A stretch of 64,000 nt of DNA from assembly GCF_009914755.1 (NCBI RefSeq), contig NC_060933.1; one strand, written 5' to 3'. Every line of letters begins with the position of its first letter. Position 1 is the stretch's first letter. The notes under the pieces are model-generated. The model was not told the origin of the DNA. It did no database searches and saw only the letters and a program-made list of their open reading frames with translations. This document shows positions 26,997 through 39,599 of this stretch, in pieces. Position numbers and translations under genes: made by a program. The stretch comes from the human T2T-CHM13v2.0 reference genome, Homo sapiens.

Positions 26997-28682
26997 CATG
27001 GAAACTAATTAAGTGGTTATTGCTCTGGTCAAGGAGAGAATAAAAATTCTGAATTAGGGTGGAAGTGAGAGGACTGAGAGGAGAGGCCAGACAAAGGGAA
27101 TGAATAACGGCAGATAGACAGAGATTGGTCATTGGTTGATTGAGGAGGAGATGGGGAAAGAAAATCAAAGATGGTTCTGTAGTTTCTGTCTGAGTCATTA
27201 ACAGACTGAGAGCATAAGAGGAAGCAATGATGTGGAAGAAAGAGGTCACACATTGAAAATAAAATTAATATAGTTTATTGTTCTTTAAACTTTGCAGTAG
27301 AAGGTAGATAGGTAAGGCTATATGGTTTTCTCCGAGTACATTAGATTAAACAGAAGGAAGGAAGGGGGAAAGGAAAAGAAGGAAGGATGTGAAAGTCCCC
27401 CAAAGTCCTACAAATTTTGATATGATGTGGTAGAATTTGAAGAACAACATCTGGTTCATAGTAAGTACTCACTGGATCATAGTCCAGAAGCCAAAGTATA
27501 AAGCTGGATATTTTCCAAGAAGATTCTGGACATCTCCTAATTTTATTTCTCCATACCAATCACAATTATGGTTTACACATGAGATATATCTGTGCTGTTG
27601 GAAAAATAACACTCACAACATCACTGCCATATTTAGTGACTCTCAGTAAAATGAGAGTCAGAAGACTGCTGAGAAAATGATGGCGGAAAGTGGGTCCCAG
27701 GCATGAAGAGGGAGAGGTGGGAAATAACTGGCTAACTGGTGGAAAGAAGACAGTTGGTGACCTGTTAGGGAAACTGGAAAAGAGATGGGAGTTTGCTTTT
27801 CAGACTCAATAAAACTGGGTGGATTAAACTACCCTTGCTCAGCCCCAATAGTGTCTGTCTGCTCACCTTGGACACTTGCATGACTGCCCATGATTCATGC
27901 AAAGACAAGAAAAACAAAAAGTGGAATTACTATGATAATATTTGTAGTCAATAAAACTTAGGGCTTGTTCATTTCAGATTTATTTTAACTCCACTCCACA
28001 AATCATATTCAAAGCCTTAATGACTCAGACAATACTTTAAATGTGGTTTCCATGAGCATCTTCGGGATTACTATGGAAGATTATGCCAAAACTATTTTTT
28101 TTTGGCATGTGATTACATACTAGAGCATATATTAGGGCAAACAATTATGAATTTTATTCACTGGGACACATGACAGATTTGTACAAACCTCTAAATTGGA
28201 AATGTTTAAAGAATTAGGTTTTTTTGCCTTCTTTTTGGCATGAGTCATACATAGCTCCATGAATTTTCCTCTTCTGACTACTTTCTCAGGAAACAGAAAG
28301 ATAAAAAGCATTTTTACCACATTGGAAAAGCAGAACTTGCTTATTTATGAAGTAAAAGGTACATCCAGAGAGAATTTTTTTTTCTAAATCTTCTGCACTT
28401 CTCAATTAAATGTTGCTCCTTTTAAAGACAAACTCATGAATAATATTGATTTCTATTTAATTATACTTGTTACTGTCCAAACTAAATTAATGATAGTTAA
28501 AGTCTCCCCTTCTTGCATGTATTTCTCATAATAAAGGAAAGTGTTAGTAAGTAACAAGTGACCGTGTAATTTAAAGGTGGATCTAGGTAGAAAATTAAGC
28601 CATTTTATCCCCTATTCTCCACCTTCAGCACCCACACCCCCCAACACACACACACTGCCACAAACACACACAGTGCACACAT

Positions 28683-28792
28683 TAAGATGACCAATTGTCT
28701 AGGTTTGCCTGAGACAGAGAGGGTTCTTAGGACACATGACTTTCATTGATAAACTAGGAAAGTCTCGAGAAAACCAGGATGATGTGGTCACT
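28683..28792. mobile_element. MER81-type hAT-Blackjack MITE
   Basis: taagatgacca...tggtcacta terminal inverted repeats, ~110 bp. Confidence 0.6.
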
Positions 28793-28889
28793 AACACACA
28801 CATATAAATTTTCCTCTAATTTCAATTGCTTTATACTACTCTAACTACATATAAACCTAACTCATAGTCAACTCTCTCCACTCCTATAC

Positions 28890-30900
28890 AGTCTCATATT
28901 GGAGGTCCTAGCCAGCACAAAAAGGAAAGAAAAAGAAATAAAAGGCATATGGATTAAAAAAAAAAAACTATTTCTCTTCACAGACAACATGATTGTCTAT
29001 GTAAAATGTAGACATCTTTTAAAAAACTACTAGGACTAATAAGTGAGATAAGCAAGGTTGTAGGATATAAGGTTAATATCACAAAAATAAACTGTCCTTC
29101 TGTATACTAGCAATGCACTAGTTAGAAATTGAATTAGATATTGAAATTGAAAAATAACAAGATTGAAAGTAGCATCAAAAAGCATGAAAAACTTAAGTAT
29201 AAATCTAACAAGATATATATAAAATCTCTATATTAAAAACAACCAAATACAGATTAAAATAATCAAAGAAGGACTAAGAGAATAGAGTTATCATATTCAC
29301 CTGTTGGAAGACTGTGTAATTAAGATTATAGTTCTACTCACAATGATCTATTGATTCAATGCAATCACAAGCAAAATCTTCACAAGATTTTTGAATTTTA
29401 GAATTCATAAGCTGATAAAATTTCTGTGGAAAAGCAAAGGAAGTACAATAGCCAAACGATTTTGAGAAAGATGAACAATGTTGGAGAGTTCGCATTATTT
29501 GATTTGAATAATTATTAAAAAGGGACAATAATCAGCACAGTGATGGCAAAAGAACAGACACATAGATCAGTGGAATCAGCTGGGGTCCAGAAACAGACCC
29601 ACACATTTGATTTTCAGCAAAGGTGAAAGAAACCTCAACAAACAGTAGTTTCAGCAAATAGTATTGAAAATTTGGATGCCTATAAGCAAAAAGACAACCA
29701 GAATTTATACTATGCACAACATAGATAAATTAACTCAAAATGAATCAAAGAACTAAAAGTGAGACCTAAAACTACAATACTTCTAGAAAGAAAACAGGAC
29801 GAATCTTGCCACCTTTGGTTAGGGAAAGATATCTTACATATAATAAAAAAAAATCCACAAAAGAAAAAACTGAACTCCATCAAAATTTAAAACTTCTGTT
29901 CCTCAAAACACCATTAAGAAAATGAAAAGACAAGCCATACACTTACAGAAAATATTTGCAAAATACATATCTGATAAATAACTTATATCCATAATACATG
30001 AAGATTCTTTGACATGCAGTAAGAAACAAGCAGCCCATTTTTTTAAATGGCAAGAATGTAAAGACCCATCACCAAAAAAGAAAGGCAAATGGCAAAAACA
30101 TGAAAAGATATTCAACATCATTACTCATTAGGAAAATGAAAGTTATCACCACAATCAGACAATGATTACACACATCCCCATCCTCCATAAGCAGAAAAGA
30201 AACTCAACACACCTAGGCAATACCAAGTGCTGGAAGTGCTGTACAAATTTAAAACATTTAGAACGCTCATACACTACTGTTGGGAATGCAAATTTAGTAC
30301 AGCTACCACTCTGAACCACAATTTGACAGTTTCTTGTAAGATTAAATACACAATTGCCAAACAACTCAGTAATCCCACTCCTTCACATCTATCAAGGAAA
30401 ATCTATGTTCACACAAAAACTTGAAATGAATGTTTATAGCAGATTTATTTATAATCATTCAAAAACTATAAACAGCCCAAGTGTCCTTAAATCAATGACT
30501 GGATAAATAAATCGTGGCGCATCCATACAATGGAGTACTTCTCAGAAAAAAATAATAATCTAATATGTGCAACAGCATGGAGGAATTTCAATGCATTATG
30601 CTAAGTGGAAGTGGAAAAAGAAAACCAGACTCCAAAGGCAATATATATTACATTTATATGACACTCTGGAAAAGGGAAAATTATAGGGACACAAAATAAA
30701 TCAGTGGTAACCAGGAACTGGAAGTCAGAGGAGAAGCTGACTGCAAAAGGACACAAGAGAATTTTGGGGGGTAATGGAACTTTACCAAATCTTGATTAGA
30801 GTTCTGGTTACACAACTGTATACACTTTTCAGAAGTCCTAGAACTATACGGTCAAAAAACTAAATTTTATTATATGGAATTATATCTCAATAAACAGAAA
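28890..30900 (+). mobile_element. Old L1M (L1MB/ME-type): RT region to 3' end
   Basis: ctcttcacagacaacatgattgtctat (degenerate LFADDMIVY), L1 ORF2 tail sequence, 3' end tatatctcaataaa. Confidence 0.85.
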
Positions 30901-31074
30901 CTTAAGAAAAAATTCCTTCAAGTTAAAAAGGTGTTCTGGTGGGGATTATCATTTTAAAGAGTGTTTGTCTTTATTTTCAACTTATGCCAAACAAATGTAA
31001 AGTAAAAACCTGTGTAATTAGTTGGAATTTTGTTAGATAGAGAAAGAATAGTATCAACACACTTGTTTCTAAAA

Positions 31075-31203
31075 AATTTATTTTAAACTGAGACAGGGTC
31101 TCACTATGTTACCCAGCTGATCTCAGACTTCTGGGCTCAAGCAATCATTGTGCCTCAGTCTCCCAAGTAGCTGGTATTACAAGCATGCGCCAGCGTGCCT
31201 ACC
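31075..31203 (-). mobile_element. FLAM (Alu left monomer)
   Basis: gagacagggtctcactatgtt...gcctcagtctcccaagtagctgg; monomer length. Confidence 0.8.
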
Positions 31204-31238
31204 TCAACATACTTCTTTTAAAAACTGTAAAACTTACA

Positions 31239-31644
<406 letters not shown>

Positions 31645-32781
31645 TCACCATCCAGAGGGAACCACAATTAATATTTTATTTTACTTACTTTTGATTCTTG
31701 CTCTAAACATTTAAATACATCTGAAATCTGAGATTAGTGATTTGGAAAATAAGCTTTGGAGTTAGGCCAACTGGGATTCTCTCTGAAAACTGAATCTCAC
31801 TTCTGTCATTTGTAAAATCAGTAACGTCTAGTTCATAAATTATGAAGATTAAATTAATATAAAGTATTCAGCATAATTTTTGGCATATATAATCCTCAGC
31901 AAAAATATGGAACATGATTTTCCATTTCAGTAAAAAGTTTTTGCAAATAAAACTTTATACAAGATTCTAGGATCTGAAAGTACTATACCATTCTCTGTTT
32001 TCTAGTTTTTTTCTAATTGTTGTTTATCATATATAAAATTATTTTTCAAATATTTGTGTTTGAAACTTTTTCTACATTTTGGAATATTTTCTTAGGATAG
32101 ATTCCTCAATTGAAGTATGTAAATATTTTTAAGGCTCTTGATAATTCATTTCAAAGTTACCTGCTTGAAAGTTAGCACTTAATTATAGTTCTACCATCAG
32201 CATCAATTTCATTGCAACCTTCACAATATTATTTTTAATTTACATGCTTGCTGTAGAAAATTTGATTACTATAGAGATGTTTAAGACTCTGGCAAGATAG
32301 TGGTCTGCTAATGAGGACCTATCTCACTAGAAAGGCAGAAAAAAATGCTCTATTTAATCTAACAACTAGAAAAATATACATAGCGAAGCTTGAAAGGAAG
32401 AAAAAAAGGAAAATCTAAGAGTGAGAAACGAAAGAGAAACCCAAAGCCTGAGCAGAATGGTTCAGTAGACACCTTGGCATTCCATGAGCGCTAAACGCAG
32501 AAATAGGCCAGAGGTCCAAGAGATGGGAATTTAACATCCTTGTGAGGACATGGGACATGGTCAGGTGAAGAGACAGCTGCACTAACTTTGCACCTTCAAA
32601 GAGCTGCCCTTTTCATGAGAAATAATTAAAATAATCCTAAGCAATAACCCTCGATATATCGAAGGAATTTGCTGTGTGCCCAGTAGTTAATAAGGAGTAG
32701 CAGGGGAGGGAGGGGAATAGAACTTATAACAAATTTAGACTTCAAGTCCATACTTCCATACTACACATGGGTGTGGCATTT

Positions 32782-32894
32782 GGGTGACCAACTCACCTCA
32801 TCCCATTGTGCTGAAACTTTCCCAGTTTTAGCACTGAAAACCCAGCATCCCAGGCAACCCCTCTGTCCCAGGAAAACCTAAAAAACTGGTCATA
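32782..32894. mobile_element. MER81-type MITE, opposite orientation to the copy at 28683
   Basis: gggtgaccaactc...ttttagcactgaaa...ctggtcatat. Confidence 0.6.
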
Positions 32895-33057
32895 TCATGT
32901 AGCATCCAAATCTACACACTTTTGAATTATATATTTTACAGAAATCCCAAACCAAGAGAGTATATAAAAACTGGTGTGACCCTTGGGAATCCCTGAGGAC
33001 TCAACAGGACTCAACCAGACTTTACAGAGAGACTTCCTAAAAGCAGGATACAAGATA

Positions 33058-33228
33058 CACTTGCCAGATAAAATATAGTTTGTTCAGTTAAATTTGAATT
33101 TCAGTTAAGCAACAATTTTTAAGTTGCAATTTGGGGACACACTTACTCTAAAAAATCATGTGTTTTCTTTTCAGAATTCTAATGTAACTCAGTACCCCTG
33201 TACTTTATTTGCTAAATCTGGCAATCCT
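33058..33228. mobile_element. MER53-type hAT MITE
   Basis: ttgccagata...cagttaaatttgaatttcag...tgctaaatctggcaa inverted ends. Confidence 0.65.
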
Positions 33229-33529
33229 CAAGTGCCAGAGATAAACAACAGCAAAGAGCAGCAACAATGTATCCTGGAGATAAGATCATGCCCCCAAATT
33301 TGTAAATTACACACACACACAAAATGAGCCACTAGGATAAATAATTAGTAGATATAGGAAATGCACTCCAAGAGCCAGAAATTTTAAAGCAAAATTTATT
33401 TTGTAGTGTCTGTAAAGACACTATTTACTGTCTGTAAAGACCCAAATACGACTTGTAGAAATGGAAAATGTAGTCACTGAAACTAAAAACCTTAAGGTCT
33501 GGGTTAAATAGTAGACTGGACAGCTGGGG

Positions 33530-34110
33530 AGAGCTATATGATCTTAGGCAAGTTAATTAACCTCTCTGTGCCACAGTGCGCTTATTTGCAAAGTAGGGAT
33601 AATAATAATACCCATGTTATAGGATTGAGGTGTAGAGATAAGTATAATACATGTAATAAATAAATCTAATACACTCAGAATAGTGCCTGGGCTCTAGTAA
33701 ATTATCAGTCAACCTATCAGTTAAGAACTATTGTTCAGTCATGAGTTAAATAAGTATCTAGAATACCCTTCTAGGGTAGCATATCCCAAGTGTGTGGCTC
33801 AGAACGTTAGTCCCATAAGGTGCTCTGAGAAGCAAAGTACTGTATTCCATGATGAAATATGGTTGAGAACTCCTATATTCATGTAACCATCTCTTAGAGA
33901 TTCAGTGGACATTAGCCATATTAAAGACTCTGGCAAGTCCTACTGAAAAGAAATCTGTTTAGCCTTGTTGTTGGGATCACTCAAAAGATGATGAAACAGA
34001 GGCTCAGAGGGTTTCTGTCATTTGGCCAAAGTTCTTCAGCTGGCAAGTGACAGAACTGGTCTGCAAACCAATGTGGTTGCGCTCCAAAGCCCAAGATCCC
34101 AATGACTCCA
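33530..34110. mobile_element. MIR and MER103-like remnants
   Basis: aggcaagttaattaacctctctgtgcc (MIR); catattaaagactctggcaagtcct (MER103-like). Confidence 0.55.
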
Positions 34111-34252
34111 CAACATTGTAAGATTAAGAAGGAACATATAATATTATTCTTATGAGAAATATTCTTCCTGAAAGTCCAGGAACACAGAGGTGAACTTGCT
34201 CAGGTGTCCCTCCATACCGACTGCTCTATGGGGCCAGGCCCCCGAATCCCAG

Positions 34253-35803
34253 TGAGAGGTGACAGCGTGCTGGCAGTCCTCAGAGCCCGCGCTTGCTCTT
34301 GGCACCTCCTCTGCCTGGGCTCCCACTTTGGCGGCACTTGAGGAGCCCTTCAGCCCACCACTGCACTGTGGGAGCACCTTTCTAGGCTGGCCAAGGCTGG
34401 AGCGCACTCCCTTAGCTTGCAGGGAGGTGTGGAGGGAGAGGCGCGAGCGGGAACCAGGGCTGTGTGCGGCGCTTGCGGGCCAGCTGGAGTTCCGGATGGG
34501 CGTGGGCTTGGCGGGCCCCGCACTCGGAGCAGCCAGCCAGCCAGCCCTGGTGGCCCCGGGCAATGAGGGACTTAGCACCCGGGCCAGCAGCTGTGGAGGG
34601 TGTACTGGGTCCCCCAGCAGTGCCAGCCCACCGGCACTGCGCTCGAATTCTCGCCGGGCCTTAGCTGCCTTCCTGTGGGGCAGGGCTTGGGACCTGCAGC
34701 CCGCCATGCCTGAGCCTCCCACCCACTCCGTGGGCTCCTGTGCAGCCCGAGCCTCCCCGACGAGCGCCGCCCCCTGCTCCACGGCGCCCAGTCCCATCGA
34801 CCACCCAAGGGCTGAGGAGTGCGGACGCAGGCAGGGGACTGGCAGGCAGCTCCACCTGCAGCCCCGGTGCAGGATCCACTAGGTGAAGCCAGCTGGGCTC
34901 CTGAGTCTGGTGAAGACTTGGAGAGTCTTTATGTCTAGCTCAGGGATTGTAAATACACCAATCAGCACCCTGTGTTTAGCTCAAGGTTTGTGAGTGCACC
35001 AATCCACACTCTGTATCTAGCTGCTCTGGTAAGGCCTTGGAGAACCTTTATGTCTAGCTCAGGGATTGTAAATACACCAATCGGCACTCTATATCTAGCT
35101 CAAAGTTTGTAAACACACCAATCAGCACCCTGTGTTTAGCTCAAGGTTTGTGAGTGCACCAATCAACACTCTGTATCTAGCTGCTCTGGTGGGGCCTTGG
35201 AGAACCTGTGTGTCCAAACCCTGTATCTAACTAATCTGATGGGGACGTGGAGAACCTTTGTATCTAGCTCAGGGATTGTAAACGAACCCATCAGCGCCCT
35301 GACAAAACAGGCCACTCAGCTCTACCAATCAGCAGGATGTGGGTGGGGCCAGATAAGAGAATAAAAGCAGGCTGCCCAAGCCAGCAGTGGCAATCCGCTG
35401 GGGTCCCCTTCCGCACTGTGGAAGCTTTGTTCTTTCACTCTTTGCAATAAATCTTGCTACTGCTCACTTTTTGGGTCCACACTGCTTTTATGAGCTGGAA
35501 CACTCACCTCAAAGACCTGCAGCTTCACTCCTGAAGCCAGCGAGACTGGAGCCCACCGGGAGGAATGAACAACTCCAGACGCGCTGCCTTAAGAGCTGTA
35601 ACACTCATCGCGAAGGTCTGCAGTTTCACTCCTGAGCCAGCGAGACCACGAACCCACCAGAAGGAAAAAACTCCGAACACATCCGAACATCAGAAGGAAC
35701 AAACACCAGACGCGCTGCCTTAAGAGCTGTAGCACTCACCGCCAGGGTCTGCGGCTTCATTCTTGAAGTCAGTGAGACCAAGAACCCACCAATTCCGGAC
35801 ACA
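34253..35803 (+). mobile_element. Intact solo LTR12C (ERV9/HERV9 LTR)
   Basis: tgagaggtgacagcgtgctggcag...ccaattccggacaca; perfect TSD CCAG (34249-34252 and 35804-35807); CpG-rich U3, ~41-bp enhancer repeats, U5 repeats. Confidence 0.96.
34915..35451 (+). promoter_or_regulatory. LTR12C enhancer/promoter
   Basis: CCAAT (NF-Y) at 34958, 34999, 35077, 35118, 35159 and 35325; GGGTGGGG at 35341; AGATAA at 35351; TATA-like AATAAAA at 35360; poly(A) signal AATAAA at 35446. Confidence 0.8.
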
Positions 35804-35874
35804 CCAGGACAGACCCCAGCCAGGCTCTGGAATCCCAGGGCAGACCCCAGCCAGGTCCGGGAATCCCAGGGCAC
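35804..35874. repeat. 31-bp minisatellite whose first unit begins before the LTR at ~34234
   Basis: Unit ccaggctctggaatcccagggcagaccccag; ~2.8 copies once the LTR is removed. Confidence 0.8.
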
Positions 35875-37039
35875 AAACAAAGTGTCCTTTGAGCTTGTCC
35901 TCATTTCCTGAGGCACAGGCAGAGATCTGCGGGAGAGCGACTGGCTTCTAGGGCCCTGTCCAGCCTGAGAAGTCCCCACTCTGTCGCATCGTCATTTTTT
36001 CTACCCCAGTCCTCCTCCTATGCTGTGCTGATGTGGAGTGACGGCTTTCTCTGCAAGGGTCCCCAGCCACATGTATGTTTGGGGTCTTCTAATAAACAGC
36101 ATTTGAAAACCAAAGAACAAAATGTGAATCCACTAATATTCTTGGTATTTTTCACCGAAGATTTCCAAAAAAAATTTTTTAAACTAGTTCCATGGCTGTT
36201 ATGTTCTTACTGCCAGGGTCATTGTCTTCTTGCAAAATATTTACACACTCTGCTTGAGGGAAATCAAGGTGAAATTTTCTTCATTTAATTTGATTCACAA
36301 CAGGGATTTGAATTTCATAAAAACTGATAGGATTTGAGCAACGCTATTGACTGATGTCCATTAAAGGTTAAGCCAACTTGGGTTGCGAGTTAAGTCAGAA
36401 TTTACGTGCTGGGTGTATCACTTTTATTTCCCTAAAGCTGTACTTTAAGTAGGACTATGTTAAAATCTTTTCAACTATGCCCAGAAGTCCTAGGGTAATC
36501 ACAGTTTTGACTATGATTCATTCGTATTAAGTTGAAGCTGGAAAAGCTAACTAAAGATCGTCAAAGATTCTGAAAACAGAAATTTTTCCTAAGTGAATCC
36601 TCAATCCTATAATAAGCAGCTGCTTCCTTTAGTAACATTTCATTCCTTTTGATTCAACAAAACTTTAATTGAAGAATATTCATATCATATTTCAATCCTC
36701 AACACAAAATACTTAAGTACTTCCTAAGTGCCAGCCTCTAAACATGGCTTTGGAGATTCAAACTTAAATAAGACAGATCTAGCCTTCAAGGAGTATAATG
36801 TGGGTAAAGAAAAAAATTAAGCAGTTGGAAGTAATCAACCAATTGCCTAGCCAGTGTAGACACAGCAACCTAAATGCATCTTAAAATACATGTTGCTGAG
36901 CCAATTTAAAAAGGATGATGTATATAACACAATGGTATTTATGTAAATATAAAATGCATTACTACAAAAATAAAATGAACATTTAACAAAAAATACATAA
37001 AGCCGATTTGAATGGTTGCTTATGGGACAAGAGGGAAAT

Positions 37040-37112
37040 AAAGTGAAGAAAGGAAGGAAAGAAGGAAGAGAGAGAAGGAAGAGAGGGAAGGAAGAAAGGA
37101 AGGAAGAAAAAA
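37040..37112. repeat. Purine-rich (GGAA/GAAG)-like simple repeat at the end of an old L1M fragment
   Basis: aaggaaggaaagaaggaagagagagaaggaagagagggaaggaagaaaggaagg. Confidence 0.8.
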
Positions 37113-38467
37113 ACAGTTTGAACATTAAAGCAGCTGGCGTAGCCATCTGGCACATAGATGTATTCCTTAGGTGTCAGTTTCTTCCTTCTTTGTTCTGAAT
37201 CCCTAATTCTGAAGGATTTTCTTAATCAGAAAAGTGTTAAAATAAAGAATAAAGGCACAGAGGTCAGTGGGAAAGTGGCTGGCTTCCAGTTAGTGTGACC
37301 GGTTGCACTAATAAACTGCAACCATAGAAGTGGCTCATATTTCAATTTTAAGATAAGGTGAGCTTGTGGGTGAGCAGTCGGACTTGTATATTTACCAAGT
37401 AGACACCTGGTGCCCTAAGATTCAATCATCATAGCATAGCAAGGGGAGTCCCACCTCTTTCCTCTATTTCCCCAATATTCCCTGAGTCAGGTTCTGACTC
37501 AGGATGAAAGCTGCACTTTTTGGGGAAAGATCACTCCTTAACCCCACCATAGTACTCCAGCAATTTGAGTTCTTCTTCCTCATAGCTTTGTGTGAGTAAA
37601 TAGATACCCTTTGCTTGAGCTAGTTTAATGAGATTTTTCTGTCATTTGCAACTAAATAGTTTTCACTGACACAAATCCTACACTTGATGTGTCTGTCTCA
37701 CACAGCACCAAGTTCTATCTCAAAAGCCTTGCACAACAAGAAATTGCTTGTTAAGGAAGCTAACTACACTTGGACTTTGAAGCCCATATATTTCCAGAGC
37801 ATATATCTTAACAGTTTGAAAGAGCAAAAGTTGGATTCAACTATTTTTTTAAAAAAAGACTGATAATGTATGTTTATCCCAATATTGCTGGCCTAAATTA
37901 TTTGGTGTATCCCCTGAATTTTGTAATACAGTCTAGAAAATATTTTCCATTGGAAATATTTAAAATCAGAAATGTTGCGTCATTTAAATGGGTAAGTTTT
38001 AGTAATCTAGGAAATTAACTTATTCACATTAAATTTTTCCGTGAATTGATTTTTTATATTTTTTAAATAGCAGTAGATTGAATTTGACCCATCATTGTTC
38101 TGTGGCTGAAGGCATAAAAAATGTATAAATTTAACTAATTTTGATTACTATACTCCCAAAGTATTTTATTATCACCTAAAGATTCTGGATTTAAAGATTT
38201 TTCTGTCCCAAATCTAATTTTCAATCCTGTCAAGACCAATGGGGGGCAAAGAACTAAGAGTGTCCAAAGGAACAGACAGATTGTCACATCTATTTGAGAT
38301 CTATCATTAGTCACTGAGTCTTCTGCCTCAGAACTCAGTCACACAGAGAAGACAGATTGGTAGGCTTCTGGATCTGGTTTGCATTGGCTGATATTTGGCC
38401 ACTCTTCCATCCTTGTAGCAACTGCTGTGGCCAGAATAATGTAATGCATTGATTGACTAAGTCCTAG

Positions 38468-38665
38468 GCTTAGTCACTCTCACACTGCTATAAAGAAATA
38501 ACCTGAGACTGGGTAATTTAATAAGAAGAGAAGTTTAATTGGCTCATGGTTCTGCAATTTGTACAGGAAGCATGATGTTGGCATCTGCTCAGCTTCTGGT
38601 GAGGCCTCAGGAAACTTATAATCATGGCAGAAGGGAAAGCGGGAGCTGGTGTCCTTCCCAGCATG
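38468..38665 (-). mobile_element. Truncated MSTA/MSTB LTR fragment
   Basis: cactgctataaagaaataacctgagactgggtaattta...ggcctcaggaaacttataatcatggcagaagg. Confidence 0.8.
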
Positions 38666-39599
38666 GTTGTAAGTGAATGCAAGCAGGGAATTCCCTCTGA
38701 GGTCACATCGCTGAAGTTGAAACTATTTCAATTCAGAGCACACTAGTAGGAAATACTATGCATATTCTCTATAGATTTCCCCGATTTTTTCAGGTCTTAT
38801 TTCTTTGTCTCAGATTACAGCAAGTCATCAACTACACTGAGAAATTAGAAATGTGTTGTGCTTATGGGCTGTTTCTACATTAAGTCACGTCTAGAGCTTA
38901 GGAAGTATGTCACCTGCTCTGAAATGTACATATTAGGTACAAAAGCATCCTACCATGTAGAAGTCTCCTGTCTCAGTAGCACTTGCTAGCATCATGAAAT
39001 ACAATGGAATAATCCACGATTGGGTTATGTATGACAATCTTGTTTTCATTTTTTTTTATTGACGTGATTGGATAGAGTTCATCATGTAGTTCTAACTTTC
39101 ATTCTGTCTCATTAATTTTTATTCCTGGTATATTCCTTAAGTATCAGAATATCATTTAAAACAAAACATAATACATGCATTCTTCAAACTTAAGGAACTT
39201 TCAAAAAATAAACATCACCTATTTGTTGCAGTGATGAGGTGTAATGAAAGAATGTCAGTTGGTTTGAATCCCAGCTCCACCATTTCCTAGAGCTATTTTA
39301 TCTCCTTAAGCCTCCATTTCCTAAACTATAAAATACATTTTAAAATATTTGTTGAGTACCTACTGTATGTTCTTACTCCTTGGTAATCCATCAGTAAATA
39401 AGACAAAAATTCCTTCCTTCAAAGAGCTTACAGTATACGGAGAATATATTAAAATAATTCAATAAATCACACATTTTGATATTACTCCAACACTTCACTT
39501 ATTTAAAAATATCATGGGTATTTGCACATTACAACAAACATATAAAATATTTTACATAAAGTGAATAAAAATAAAACTTTAAAAGGAAAAACAAATTAG

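Noticed and set aside
34150-34882. Longest ORFs (215 aa minus, 207 aa plus) as genes
   Set aside because: They lie in the GC-rich LTR12C U3, where stop codons are rare, and no host protein is recognisable.
34915-35290. CRISPR-like repeat array
   Set aside because: These are the known ERV9 U3 enhancer repeats, with no unique spacers, in a eukaryotic context.
34150-35979. Minus-strand pseudogene interrupted by LTR12C (..DTLFVPWDS.. / [20 protein letters not shown]..)
   Set aside because: The repeated WDS comes from the 31-bp minisatellite, which shifts frame, and I recognise no parent protein. A tBLASTx of the LTR-excised sequence would settle it.
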